Shown in pieces: positions 18,760 to 28,798 of a stretch of DNA of 42,319 nucleotides. Numbering within the stretch: the stretch's first letter is position 1; every line of letters begins with the position of its first letter. Source of the DNA: Paraburkholderia sp. (GTDB lineage Bacteria > Pseudomonadota > Gammaproteobacteria > Burkholderiales > Burkholderiaceae); assembly GCA_036514415.1 (NCBI GenBank), contig DATBXG010000117.1:1-42319 (forward strand), written 5' to 3'. Below the pieces are notes generated by a model. The model worked only from the letters and a program-made list of their open reading frames with translations. It had not been told where the DNA came from and searched no databases. The translations under genes and the position numbers were made by a program.

Positions 18760-20532
18760 ATGGAAATGGAAAGACCTGCCTCCCCACCCGCACGGCCCGC
18801 AAGTGCAAACGCAACCCGGTCATGGCTGCGTTGGCTACCGGGCGTCACGTTGCTCAAGACCTACCAGGGCGCCTGGCTGCTCAACGATCTGGCCGCGGGG
18901 CTCGTGCTCACCACGATGCTCGTGCCGGTCGGCATCGCCTATGCTGCGGCGTCCGGCGTGCCTGGCGTCTACGGTCTCTACGCCACGATCATTCCGCTGC
19001 TGGCTTATGCCGTGTTCGGGCCGAGCCGCATACTCGTGCTCGGCCCCGATTCCGCGCTCGCCGCGCCCATACTCGCCGTGGTCGTGCAGGTGGCGGGGGG
19101 CGACCCCGCGCGCGCCATCGGCGTGGCGAGCATGATGGCGCTCGTCTCCGGCGTCGTCTGCGTCGTCATGGGGCTGCTGCGCCTCGGCTTCATCACGGAG
19201 CTGCTCTCCAAGCCCATTCGATACGGCTACATGAACGGCATCGCGCTGGCGGTGCTCATCAGCCAGTTGCCGAAGTTCTTCGCGATCTCCATCGACGAAG
19301 CCGGGCCGATACGAGACCTGCTGAACCTGGGCCAGGCTGTCGCGCGCGGCGAAGCCAACTGGTACAGCTTTGCCGTGGGTGCGGGAAGCCTCGTGCTGAT
19401 TCTCGTGCTCAAGCGCTTCGACAAGGTGCCTGGCATTCTGATCGCGGTGATCGTGGCCACGCTCTCGGTGAGCCTTTTTCACCTCGACAGCCGCGGCGTG
19501 AAGGTGTTGGGCACGATTCCCCAGGGTTTGCCCGGAATTTCGCTGCCGTGGGTCGTCGACGCGGACCTGGTCAAGATCGTCCTGGGCGGCGCGGCCGTCG
19601 CGCTGATCGCCTTCGCCGATACGAGCGTGCTTTCGCGCACCTATGCGGCGCGCTTTCATGCACGCGTCGACCCCAACCAGGAGATGGTGGGTCTGGGCGT
19701 GGCCAACTTCGCGGCGGGCCTGTTTCAGGGCTTTCCGATCAGCAGCAGCGCTTCGCGCACGCCGGTTGCCGAAGCGGCGGGCGCCCGCACGCAACTGACC
19801 GGCGTAGTGGGCGCGCTGGCGGTGGCCGCGCTCCTCATGGTCGCGCCCAATTTGCTGCGCCATCTGCCCAACAGCGCGCTTGCCGCCGTGGTCATTGCCG
19901 CCGCGCTCGGGCTGTTCGAGATCGCGGACCTCAAGCGCATCTACCGCATTCAGCAGTGGGAGTTCTGGCTTTCGATCGGGTGCTTCGCGGCCGTTGCGGT
20001 TTTCGGCGCGATTCCCGGCATTGGCCTGGCGGTGTTGATCGCCGTGATCGAATTTCTCTGGGATGGCTGGCGGCCGCATTTCGCGGTGCTCGGCCGCGTG
20101 GAGGGCCTGCGCGGCTATCACGACGTCGAGCGCTACCCGGAAGCCGCGCGCACGCCGGGGCTCGTGCTGTTCCGCTGGGACGCGCCCTTGTTCTTCGCGA
20201 ACGCCGAGCTGTTTCAGCAGCGCCTGATGGAGGCGGTGGAAGCGTCGCCTACGCCGGTGCGCCGCGTGGTCGTGGCAGCGGAGCCGGTGACGAGCGTGGA
20301 CGTCACCTCGGCCGACATGCTGCGCGAGCTGACCCAGGCGTTGAGCGAGCGCGGCATCGCGCTGCACTTCGCGGAGATGAAGGACCCGGTGCGCGACAAG
20401 CTCAAGCGCTTCGATCTGCTCGAGCTCATCGGCGCCGATCGCTTCGATCCTACCGTAAGCAGTGCTGTCGATCGCTATGTCGACGAAACCGGCCTCGCGA
20501 AAGACGAAACCGGGCCGCAAGAGGGGCGCTAG
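18760..20532 (+). CDS. SulP family anion transporter with C-terminal STAS domain
   Basis: DLAAGL, P..IAYA, GLYAT, NQEMVGLG.AN, SASRT, APLFFANA, D.TS motifs. Confidence 0.92.
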   Translation: MEMERPASPPARPASANATRSWLRWLPGVTLLKTYQGAWLLNDLAAGLVLTTMLVPVGIAYAAASGVPGVYGLYATIIPLLAYAVFGPSRILVLGPDSALAAPILAVVVQVAGGDPARAIGVASMMALVSGVVCVVMGLLRLGFITELLSKPIRYGYMNGIALAVLISQLPKFFAISIDEAGPIRDLLNLGQAVARGEANWYSFAVGAGSLVLILVLKRFDKVPGILIAVIVATLSVSLFHLDSRGVKVLGTIPQGLPGISLPWVVDADLVKIVLGGAAVALIAFADTSVLSRTYAARFHARVDPNQEMVGLGVANFAAGLFQGFPISSSASRTPVAEAAGARTQLTGVVGALAVAALLMVAPNLLRHLPNSALAAVVIAAALGLFEIADLKRIYRIQQWEFWLSIGCFAAVAVFGAIPGIGLAVLIAVIEFLWDGWRPHFAVLGRVEGLRGYHDVERYPEAARTPGLVLFRWDAPLFFANAELFQQRLMEAVEASPTPVRRVVVAAEPVTSVDVTSADMLRELTQALSERGIALHFAEMKDPVRDKLKRFDLLELIGADRFDPTVSSAVDRYVDETGLAKDETGPQEGR

Positions 20533-20561
20533 CGCGAAGCCGGCGCGATGCCGGTGCCGGC

Positions 20562-21581
20562 TCAAGCGCCGGGCTTGAGCACCACGCGAAAGCGCGCCTT
20601 GCCGCTCATCATTCGCTCATAGGCCTCGGCCGCGCGCGAGAGCGGATATTCCTCGATCATCGGCTTCACGCCGGAGAGCGCGCTGAACGCCAGTGTTTCC
20701 TGCGAGTCGGCCGCCGTGCCCGAAGGCCAGCCCTGCACGGAGTGGCGTCCCATGATGAACTGCGTGATCGGCACTTCCACGGGCTCCTCGGACACGCCGA
20801 CCATGATCAGCTTGCCGTTGAGGCCAAGGCCGCCCAGCGCCGCGCTCATGGCCTTGCCACTCGTGGCCGTGGCGAGGATCACGCGTGCGCCGCCCAGCGC
20901 GAGCAACGCTTCGGCGACGTTCTGCGAAGCGCTGTCGATGTAATGATGCGCGCCGAGCTGCTTCGCGAGCGGCGCCTTGTCCTGCCCCCGCGCAATGGCC
21001 ACGGTGACAAAGCCCATTTTTCGCGCGTACTGCACGCCGAGATGGCCCAGGCCGCCAATGCCGAGAATCGCCACGACGTCGCCCGCGCGCGCGCCGCTGT
21101 GGCGCAGCGCGTTGAACGTGGTGATGCCGGCGCACAGGAGCGGCGCGGCGTCGACGTCGGAGAGGTCGTCGGGCATGCGCGCGAGCGCTTCTTGCGGCGC
21201 GACCATGTAGTCGGCATAGCCGCCGTCGTAGCTGATGCCGGGTATCTGCCCATTCTTGCAAAGCACGAAATCGCCATGCCGGCAGTGTTCGCAATGCCCG
21301 CAGTGGCCGCCGTGCCAGCCCACGCCGATGCGCTGCCCGATTTTCCAGTCTTCCACGCGCGCGCCGAGCTTTTCAATGACACCTGCGATCTCATGGCCCG
21401 GCACGCGCGGAAACTGCAGGCCGGGCCAATGGCCTTCCTTCGTGAGCGAATCGCTATGGCAGATCCCACAGGCCTGCACCTTGACGAGGACGTGTCCCTC
21501 GGGCGGCTCTGGAACATCGCGCTCGACCAGTTCGAGAGGGGCGCCCGGTCCTGCTACCTGCACTACGTGCATCTTTGCCAT
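20562..21581 (-). CDS. Zinc-dependent alcohol dehydrogenase
   Basis: ACGICHSD, PGHEIAG, CGHCEHC..C, GIGGLGH, GKARFRVVL. Confidence 0.93.
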   Translation of the reverse strand: MAKMHVVQVAGPGAPLELVERDVPEPPEGHVLVKVQACGICHSDSLTKEGHWPGLQFPRVPGHEIAGVIEKLGARVEDWKIGQRIGVGWHGGHCGHCEHCRHGDFVLCKNGQIPGISYDGGYADYMVAPQEALARMPDDLSDVDAAPLLCAGITTFNALRHSGARAGDVVAILGIGGLGHLGVQYARKMGFVTVAIARGQDKAPLAKQLGAHHYIDSASQNVAEALLALGGARVILATATSGKAMSAALGGLGLNGKLIMVGVSEEPVEVPITQFIMGRHSVQGWPSGTAADSQETLAFSALSGVKPMIEEYPLSRAAEAYERMMSGKARFRVVLKPGA

Positions 21582-22350
21582 CGTCTGCTCCCAGGAAATT
21601 GAGGTTTCCGCCGGTGTTGCCGTGGCGACGTGCTGCTACCGCAATATTGTAGGACGCCGATGCGCGCCGTTCGTCGCCGTACGTCGCCGTACGTATTACG
21701 CGGCGCAAGGGGGACTTGTCGGGGATGTTTGTTAGCGTTGGGATATTGCTGGTGCTTCGCGGCTTTGCGTGGGGATGGGCGAGGCTGGCTGGCGTCGAGC
21801 CAGGAGGGGACATTCGAAACTCTGACTGGCCGTACCGGGTAGCCGACCCGGAAACAGAAAGCATGCGTCGCCACACATCTCGACGCGACAATATGCGCGG
21901 TTAGTCCACCGCTGGCGCCTCCGCATGCTTGCGCGCGCTATTGGTTCGATATGGGACCAAAGTCTCATTGCGATTGACGGATACGCTGGTCACACTTGAT
22001 GGGCTCACAACAGCTTCCTGAAAATTTGAAGACCTTTCGGTGGTGAAGGATCGTTCGTGCTGTTGACAGGAGCGAACAGAAAGATCGATACCGCAACGGC
22101 CACTGCGCCCATCGAATCGATCGTGCTGACAAATGCAGGTCTGATGCGTGACGTGTCGCTTTCGGGCACCAAGGTTTCGCGACAAGAAGTTTGATGGCCG
22201 TGCTGGCATGCGTCCATGCGGTCAGACTTCTCGAAACCGACCGGGGAAAGTGCCTTCGTTTGATCCTGAGGCCGGCGGCGGGTGTCCCGTCTGCCCAAGC
22301 CTGTCCGTTACCGATTTGAGATCGCATCGTCCCTTTTTTGGGAGCACAAA

Positions 22351-23814
22351 ATGGATCTGTCCGGATTTCTCACTGCACTCGAAAACAACGTAGGCGTCTT
22401 TCTGCCCAGGATCGCTGGTGCGGTCGGCATCCTCATAGTCGGCTGGCTGATTGCCGTGATCGCACGCGCGGGCACCCGCAGGCTGTTGTCCGCACTCAAG
22501 GTCGACCATCGCATTGCCGAGAGCACCAAGCAGGTGGCGCAGGTGGAGAACATCATCGCGGGCGGCCTGTTCTGGCTCATTCTGCTCATTACCGCAGTCG
22601 GGGTCTTCAATGTCCTGAACCTGAATGACGTGTCCAATCCGTTTTCGCTCCTTGTCACCAATATTGTCAACTATTTGCCGAACCTGATCGGTGGCACTGT
22701 GCTCGCCCTGATCGCCTGGTTGATCGCGTCGCTGTTGCGCAGCCTCGCAGACAAGGCGCTGCGCGCGAGCAAACTCGACAGCAAGCTGTCCGAGACGGCC
22801 GGCATGCGCCCAATGAGTGAATACGTGGGTGACGTACTGTTCTGGCTCATCATCCTGATGTTCATTCCGGCCGTGCTTGCCGCATTCAATGTGAACGGAT
22901 TGCTGAGTCCTGTTCAAGGCATGATCGACAAGCTGCTGGCGATCGTGCCCAATCTTTTCGCCGCCGCAGTGATCGGCTTCGTCGGCTGGGTGCTTGCGAA
23001 GATACTGCGTGGTCTCGTCGTCAACCTGCTGGTGGCCGCCGGTGCGGACAAGCTCATGGAGAGCCTCGAAAGTCCCACCCCGGTGCGGCTGTCGAACCTC
23101 GTCGGAACCGTGGTCTACATTCTGGTGTTTGTCCCGACGCTGATCTCCGCGCTCGATGCATTAAAGATCGAAGCGGTGTCACAACCCGCTACGCATCTGC
23201 TCGATCAGTTCCTTGGCGCAGTGCCGGACATCATCGCGGCGGTGGTGATCCTGGTTGCCACGTTCTACGTGGCGCGCTTCGTTGGGTCACTGGTGGAGAA
23301 GTTGCTGGTCGCAGCCGGAGTGGACGGGCTGCCAAAAGTGCTCGGCCTCGACACGGTCTTCAACGGCGTATTGCAACCGTCCACGCTCGCCAAACGGCTG
23401 GTCGTTTTCTTTGCGATGCTGTTTGCTGTGGTGGAGGCCGCAAATCGACTCGGTTTCACTCAGGTCCGCGACGTCGTCACCCTGTTTATCGAGTTCAGCG
23501 CGCACATCCTGACGGGCAGTGTGATCCTGATCATCGGATTCTGGCTTTCGAACCTCGCGCGGCGCGTGATCGAACAGGCTGATCGCGAGCACAGCGTACT
23601 GCTCGCCCGCATCGCGCAATTCGCGATCCTCGGACTCGTGTTCGCGATGGGATTACGCGCGATGGGCATCGCCAACGAAATCGTACAAATTGCGTTCGCT
23701 CTGGTATTGGGCGCTATCGCGGTTGCCGTGGCGCTGTCGTTCGGGCTCGGCGGACGCGAGGCGGCGGGCAGGCTGCTCGACCGGTGGTTCGGCGCCCGCT
23801 CCGGAAAGGAGTGA
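22351..23814 (+). CDS. Mechanosensitive-channel-like membrane protein with repeated TM-helix units (CmpX-like)
   Basis: Four to five repeats of P.I.A..I..GW..A helices; C-terminal AVALSFGLGGRE; GGAG SD. Confidence 0.82.
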   Translation: MDLSGFLTALENNVGVFLPRIAGAVGILIVGWLIAVIARAGTRRLLSALKVDHRIAESTKQVAQVENIIAGGLFWLILLITAVGVFNVLNLNDVSNPFSLLVTNIVNYLPNLIGGTVLALIAWLIASLLRSLADKALRASKLDSKLSETAGMRPMSEYVGDVLFWLIILMFIPAVLAAFNVNGLLSPVQGMIDKLLAIVPNLFAAAVIGFVGWVLAKILRGLVVNLLVAAGADKLMESLESPTPVRLSNLVGTVVYILVFVPTLISALDALKIEAVSQPATHLLDQFLGAVPDIIAAVVILVATFYVARFVGSLVEKLLVAAGVDGLPKVLGLDTVFNGVLQPSTLAKRLVVFFAMLFAVVEAANRLGFTQVRDVVTLFIEFSAHILTGSVILIIGFWLSNLARRVIEQADREHSVLLARIAQFAILGLVFAMGLRAMGIANEIVQIAFALVLGAIAVAVALSFGLGGREAAGRLLDRWFGARSGKE

Positions 23815-23874
23815 CGGGCTCGAATTCCAGCCCGTCTACGGTCGTCGACCTTCACCGCTCACGGAGGAGGCAGC

Positions 23875-24285
23875 ATGCTGCGAAACGCGGTGCTCACAGG
23901 GATTCTAGCCGGCGCCATCGCGAGTGCGGACGCTGCAAACTGGGAGGTCATCTATTCGGGGCAGGCAGGGACGATATGGGTAGATCGGTCTACCCTTTCG
24001 GAGGAGCACCCGCTAGTTCATGCGTGGCTGCGCATGAAACTCAGCAAGCCCGCCAACCCGGGAGATGTTACCTATGACGAACGCTCCATACACTTGATCT
24101 TCGATTGTGAGAGCTGGCAGTACAAAGAGACTTCGGACTCCAAATGGCTTCACGGCAAACTCGTCAAAGATTGGGAAGGCGAGACGGACTATTTCGAAAT
24201 CAATCCCGACAAGCCGCTGGCGCAGGCCGCCAAAGCCCTGTGTCGCAAGGCATATGGCTCCGTGCTCGACAACCACGCCACGTGA
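23875..24285 (+). CDS. Secreted hypothetical protein, surface-adhesin-E-like
   Basis: GGAGGAGG SD; signal peptide (..ASADA); W...D.S..VHAW....FDC....I.P.....C pattern. Confidence 0.65.
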   Translation: MLRNAVLTGILAGAIASADAANWEVIYSGQAGTIWVDRSTLSEEHPLVHAWLRMKLSKPANPGDVTYDERSIHLIFDCESWQYKETSDSKWLHGKLVKDWEGETDYFEINPDKPLAQAAKALCRKAYGSVLDNHAT

Positions 24286-24287
24286 GC

Positions 24288-24707
24288 TCAGCGCAAACTT
24301 CCAACCTGGCCCGGCGTGACACTTTCGGCAAATCGATTGCCGAAATGGGTTCTCGTGTAGTTGACGACAGCAGCAACCTGATCGTCATCCATCGCGTCGC
24401 CAAACGATGGCATCCCCTTTCTGCCGTGCAGTACGTTGACGATGACGTAGGGTGCCGCCTCGAGTGCCGGGTTGTCAGCGAGCGCCGGGTAGTGCCCCGC
24501 ACCCTGTGCGCCGCTTCCATCCGGCATATGGCATCCCGCGCAGCTAGCGTTATAAAGCGCTTCGCCGCTTTTTTCGGTGAAGCGGTCGCCCGGCGAAATC
24601 GTGAAAGTGCGGGCTGCGTCCTGTGCCACGACTTGAGCCGACACCGTCGCACCGCCTGTCAGCAAGGCCATCAGCATCACGCCGATAATCAGCCTGGGGC
24701 TATCCAT
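24288..24707 (-). CDS. Monoheme c-type cytochrome (exported)
   Basis: Signal peptide, CAGCH heme motif, YPALA, GMPSF, VNY.R.HFGN; overlaps the oxidase stop. Confidence 0.9.
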   Translation of the reverse strand: MDSPRLIIGVMLMALLTGGATVSAQVVAQDAARTFTISPGDRFTEKSGEALYNASCAGCHMPDGSGAQGAGHYPALADNPALEAAPYVIVNVLHGRKGMPSFGDAMDDDQVAAVVNYTRTHFGNRFAESVTPGQVGSLR

Positions 24708-26292
24708 TGATGATTCTCCGATGCAACCGGGTGATCGCATCCAGTGACGACAGCACGGCGCCTTCCTGCCAGGCCGGGATATGCGAAGCGTGCTCTCCGG
24801 CAAGGACGACCCGTCCGTCGATCTGGCAGAGATTCGCGTAGTGCGCTTTTCTCAACGCACCCGTCCATGCGGCAAAGCAGCCATTCGTGAACGGTGACCG
24901 GCTCCAGCTCATCGCGAAGCCGTTCTGGTACTCGCGCGCGTACTGCGGATGAATCTGGCTGCCCTGACTCAATGCCACTGCGATCCGCTCGGCAGGGGGC
25001 AGCGCACCCATTTCATAGCTGGCGGGCCCCCACATGTAGGCGCCGAGCAGCACCGCAGGACCGCTTGATCCGTAACCCGTCGCCGGATAGCCGATCGTCG
25101 AGATTGGCAGGTCGGTATACGTGATGCCGCCGTAGATCTGTTCGTCTTCCTCCCAGAATCGCCGTCCGAACTGCAAGCCGATTTTCACCGATGTCTCGTA
25201 GGGCACGGCATCGATCGCGGCGCGCATGGCTGGCCCGACCGCAATGTCGATCTGACTGAGAATCGAGAGCGGGATGGTGCATACCACCCAATCCGCGTGC
25301 GCGCTCCGTTCGGTCCGGGTGGTCGTATCGGTATAGCGCACTGTGACACCTTGCTCGTCCTGCAGGATAGCCGTGACTTTGGCGTTGAACACTACGGCGT
25401 TTGCGACCTGCGAATGAAGCGCACGGGCAATCCTGTCCATGCCGCCGACGGGCTGGAAAATGGTGCTCTGGAAGTCCTGCTCGTTGCCAGACGAGAGCCA
25501 TTGCCACAAACGCGATGCAAGCAAGGGGTTGCGCGGGAGCAGGTCCGACGGCACGGCCTGGGGCTCCAGTCCGCCGCCGGGCGCGGTCGAGAAACCGCGA
25601 CGTTCACTGCTCCGGCGGCCCGCCTGATAGTGGCCATCCCGATCGAGCGCACCCCATTCGCGCAGGGAGTCGAGCAGCAGATGCGCATCTTCGGCTGACA
25701 ACGCATCATCGAGTGCGTCTTTGCGGATTGCTTTGGAAAGCAACTCGGCGATATAGCCTTGATAGTCGGTCTGCACCGCCCGGTATCGTTGCGGCTTGCC
25801 ACCAAAAGCTTCCGTCGAATGCAGGTACGCGTTGTAATTCACCTGGATGAACGGTTCGAGCGGCACCTTCAGGCGTTTTGCGTAATCAAGTACGCCCTGG
25901 TGGTGATACGGAATGCGCCATGGCCCCGGGTTCAGATAAAGCCCGTTAGCGAAATCACAGTCCTGGGTGGCACCGCCGAGTTCTGTATAACGATCGCCGC
26001 CCCTGACAGTCCAGGCTCGTCCACCCGCGCGGTCGTTGTACTCGAGCACCTGCACGTGATAGCCCGCGTTCCTCAATTCGAAGGCCGCGACGAGGCCAGC
26101 CATACCCGCGCCGAGCACGAGAATTCGGGTTCCTCTGGGTGCGCCCTCGAGTCTGACCGGCCCTGCGTAGGTCGAGGCAGCGGCGAACCCGAGCGTACCC
26201 ATGCCTTGCATCATGGCGGCCGCGCCAAGGTTCTTGCCGATCAGTGTCAGCAGGTGGCGGCGACTCATCGCATTTGTGGTCATGCTCGACAT
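24700..26292 (-). CDS. Flavin monoamine / L-amino acid oxidoreductase family protein with Tat signal
   Basis: SRRHLL twin-arginine motif, LGAGMAGL, RAGGR, NPGPWRIP, PVGGMD, AGEH..AWQEGA. Exact start among several Met codons is uncertain. Confidence 0.9.
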   Translation of the reverse strand: MSSMTTNAMSRRHLLTLIGKNLGAAAMMQGMGTLGFAAASTYAGPVRLEGAPRGTRILVLGAGMAGLVAAFELRNAGYHVQVLEYNDRAGGRAWTVRGGDRYTELGGATQDCDFANGLYLNPGPWRIPYHHQGVLDYAKRLKVPLEPFIQVNYNAYLHSTEAFGGKPQRYRAVQTDYQGYIAELLSKAIRKDALDDALSAEDAHLLLDSLREWGALDRDGHYQAGRRSSERRGFSTAPGGGLEPQAVPSDLLPRNPLLASRLWQWLSSGNEQDFQSTIFQPVGGMDRIARALHSQVANAVVFNAKVTAILQDEQGVTVRYTDTTTRTERSAHADWVVCTIPLSILSQIDIAVGPAMRAAIDAVPYETSVKIGLQFGRRFWEEDEQIYGGITYTDLPISTIGYPATGYGSSGPAVLLGAYMWGPASYEMGALPPAERIAVALSQGSQIHPQYAREYQNGFAMSWSRSPFTNGCFAAWTGALRKAHYANLCQIDGRVVLAGEHASHIPAWQEGAVLSSLDAITRLHRRIING

Positions 26293-26704
26293 AAGGACGC
26301 GGTGCCCCGACTGGAGAGAAACGATGGCGGACGAAAATAGATGGCATCCCGGATAGCAATGGCACGAGCCTGCTTCCGCTGAAATCGGACTTGAGACGAA
26401 GTGAAACTATGAACCGTTTCTCGTCACCACGTGGGACTTTCCGTTACCAGAACGGCTGCCTGCGTTTTGCGGCTCGGTCTCGCCCGGACGCCTGAGGCGC
26501 CAGCCGGCTAAAGACGGACCGTCGGCACGACGAGCGACATGGGCGGCCGGACTGGTTGCACCCTACAATCAATTCATACCGCCGGATGCACCTGACCGGG
26601 TTCGAAAGTGCGCTCGCAAACGCTGTCGCTAGAACGCCATGCACGCCAGAATCCGGGAATCCCCCTGCACTCGGTCCGCATTGACTGTGCGTTGAGGGGC
26701 GCTC

Positions 26705-28474
26705 ATGAGCAATCCATCTTCAAGCCCAGCAACCCGGCAACCAGACAGTATCTCAGCCTGGAGCCTGATCAAGCCGTACTGGGTCTCCGAGGAGCGCAGA
26801 ACCGCGTGGGCCCTGCTGATGACGATCATAGCCATGGACCTGATTCTGGTCGGCATCAACGCCAGGTTGAACACGTGGAACCGCGACTTCTACAACGCTC
26901 TGGAAGGCAGGAACGTGCGCGAATTCCCGCAGCTGATGCTGGTTTTTAGCGCGCTCGCCTTTACGTTCGTCGCGATTTCCGTCTACAACCGCTATCTCCG
27001 CCAGATGCTTGGCTTCCGCTGGCGCCAGTGGCTGACCACGCGCTATCTGCAGGAATGGCTGGGCGACGGAACCTTCTACCGCATCGAGCGCGACCGCCTC
27101 GCCGACAATCCTGATCAGCGGATCGCCGTCGACCTCGACTCGTTCGCCACCACCACGCTTTCGCTCACACTCGACCTGCTCTCGACGCTCGAGACACTCG
27201 TCTGGTTCTCGACCGTCCTGTGGAGCACGGGGGGCGCGCTGGCGGTCATGATTGGTGGCACGCCCGTCCAGATTCCAGGCTACATGCTCTGGGCAGCCAT
27301 CATCTATGCGATTGCCGGGTCACTTGTGACAAACAAGGTCGGTCATCCGCTGGTGTCGATCAACTACCAGTTGCAGCGCGTCGAGGCGGATTTCCGCTTC
27401 GGCCTGATCCGAGTGCGCGAAAATGCCGAGCAGATTGCTTTCTACGACGGTATGCGGGCCGAGGAATTGACCGCCCGGGACCTGTTCAGCCGGATCCGTG
27501 ACAACTGGTGGCGCGTGATGAAGTACACGCGGCGCTACAGCGTCGTGCTCAATTTCTACGGCCAGATCGCCGACATCTTTCCGATCGTCGTGGCATCGCC
27601 ACGCTATTTCGCAGGTTTGTTCAGTTTCGGCACACTGATGCAAATCTCCGACGCATTCGGTTCAGTTAGCGAATCGCTTTCGTGGTTCATCAACAATTAC
27701 GACACGTTCGCCCAATGGCGCGCAACGGCAAACCGTCTGCGCGAGTTCAAGCGCGTCATGCAGCAACCTCATCTGAAGGAATCCGTGTCGCCCGCAACCG
27801 AGCATAGCGGCATCAACCTGCACTACGTCGACGAGAGCAAGCTCGCCACGCACAATCTCACGCTTGCGCTGCCCAACGGCGAGACGCTCGCCAGCGTGCG
27901 TGACATTGCTATCAAGCCCGGTTCTCGCTGGCTCGTGCGCGGGCCGTCCGGCTCGGGAAAAAGCACCTTCTTGCGCTCGCTCGCTGGTCTCTGGCCATTC
28001 GGAAACGGTTCGATCGACGCACCTGTGAACGCGCGCATGATGTTCATCCCGCAGCAGAGCTACCTGCCGGCTGGCACCTTGAAGACTGTGCTTACCTACC
28101 CCTCAGCAAGCGCCAGCTTCAGCGACGAAGCATGCCGCGAGGCGCTGCGTCTGTGTCGGCTCGCAGACCATGTCGAGCGATTGCATGAGTCCAACTATTG
28201 GTGGCGCATTCTTTCTCCCGGCGAACAGCAGTGGCTCGCGGCCGCCCGCGTGCTCATGCACAAGCCCAACTACGTGTTCCTCGATGAAGCAACGAGCGCG
28301 CTAGACAGTGAGAACGAAGCGCATCTGTATCGTCTGCTGATCGAACGACTGCCGACCAGCGCGATTGTCAGTGTCACGCACCGCCAGTCGCTCGCGAGAT
28401 TTCACCAGGAGACCCTGGAGATCGCGCGGGCGCGCAAGCACACAGTGGCATATATACGACCGCCGTCGACGTGA
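26705..28474 (+). CDS. Fused ABC transporter permease/ATPase, YddA/ABCD-like family
   Basis: DNPDQRI, EADFRFGLIRVRENAEQIAFY (EAA-like), Walker A GPSGSGKST, LSPGEQQ, FLDEATSALD. Confidence 0.9.
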   Translation: MSNPSSSPATRQPDSISAWSLIKPYWVSEERRTAWALLMTIIAMDLILVGINARLNTWNRDFYNALEGRNVREFPQLMLVFSALAFTFVAISVYNRYLRQMLGFRWRQWLTTRYLQEWLGDGTFYRIERDRLADNPDQRIAVDLDSFATTTLSLTLDLLSTLETLVWFSTVLWSTGGALAVMIGGTPVQIPGYMLWAAIIYAIAGSLVTNKVGHPLVSINYQLQRVEADFRFGLIRVRENAEQIAFYDGMRAEELTARDLFSRIRDNWWRVMKYTRRYSVVLNFYGQIADIFPIVVASPRYFAGLFSFGTLMQISDAFGSVSESLSWFINNYDTFAQWRATANRLREFKRVMQQPHLKESVSPATEHSGINLHYVDESKLATHNLTLALPNGETLASVRDIAIKPGSRWLVRGPSGSGKSTFLRSLAGLWPFGNGSIDAPVNARMMFIPQQSYLPAGTLKTVLTYPSASASFSDEACREALRLCRLADHVERLHESNYWWRILSPGEQQWLAAARVLMHKPNYVFLDEATSALDSENEAHLYRLLIERLPTSAIVSVTHRQSLARFHQETLEIARARKHTVAYIRPPST

Positions 28475-28526
28475 CCGTTTGACCGCAGAGGGGGGCGCAC
28501 ACTCTGTTGGTGGGCCGCTCCTGGTA

Positions 28527-28604
28527 GCGGATTCAACCGGTCGATGCAACGGATTGGTGGAATCGTTCAGCTGGTGTATTGAAGCTTAGTCCAGGGCGCG
28601 TTTT
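28527..28604 (-). mobile_element. IS30-family relic: transposase C-terminus plus terminal inverted repeat
   Basis: Minus strand encodes ..LSFNTPAERFHQSVASTG*, the recalled IS30 C-terminal pattern, running into GTTGCATCGACCGGTTGAATCCGC. Confidence 0.7.
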
Positions 28605-28694
28605 TATTCTGCAGTGCGCTGAATTATTACATCGACAATTACCAGGCCGGACCGCATGCATTCGTGATAGCCGACCAGGCAGAGCGCAAACGTT

Positions 28695-28710
28695 TGGCAC
28701 ACCTTTTGCA
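28695..28710 (+). promoter_or_regulatory. Sigma54 promoter upstream of the EAL-HDOD gene
   Basis: TGGCAC-ACCTT-TTGCA exact consensus, ~90 bp before the ATG. Confidence 0.8.
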
Positions 28711-28798
28711 ATAAAGTGGCGTTGTAAACCACATTTCGCGAGTATCATGGCCAGCTCGCTACTTTTTATTTGATTCATCAACCTATGACGGTGAATCC

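Noticed and set aside
18822-21602. 926-aa ORF spanning SulP and the alcohol dehydrogenase
   Set aside because: Arg/Ala/Gly-rich off-frame and antisense read-through of two well-supported genes.
21666-21693. Short tandem repeat of CGTCGCCGTA-like units
   Set aside because: Only 2-3 imperfect 10-mers with no spacers; not a CRISPR array or a meaningful VNTR.
21700-22330. Several 60-145 aa ORFs in the ADH-MscS gap
   Set aside because: No SD, family motif or coding-like bias recognised; left unannotated.
26342-26375. TGGCAC/TGGCAT sigma54-like sequences between the amine oxidase and ABC genes
   Set aside because: GG-to-GC spacing is 9 or 11 nt, not the required 10.
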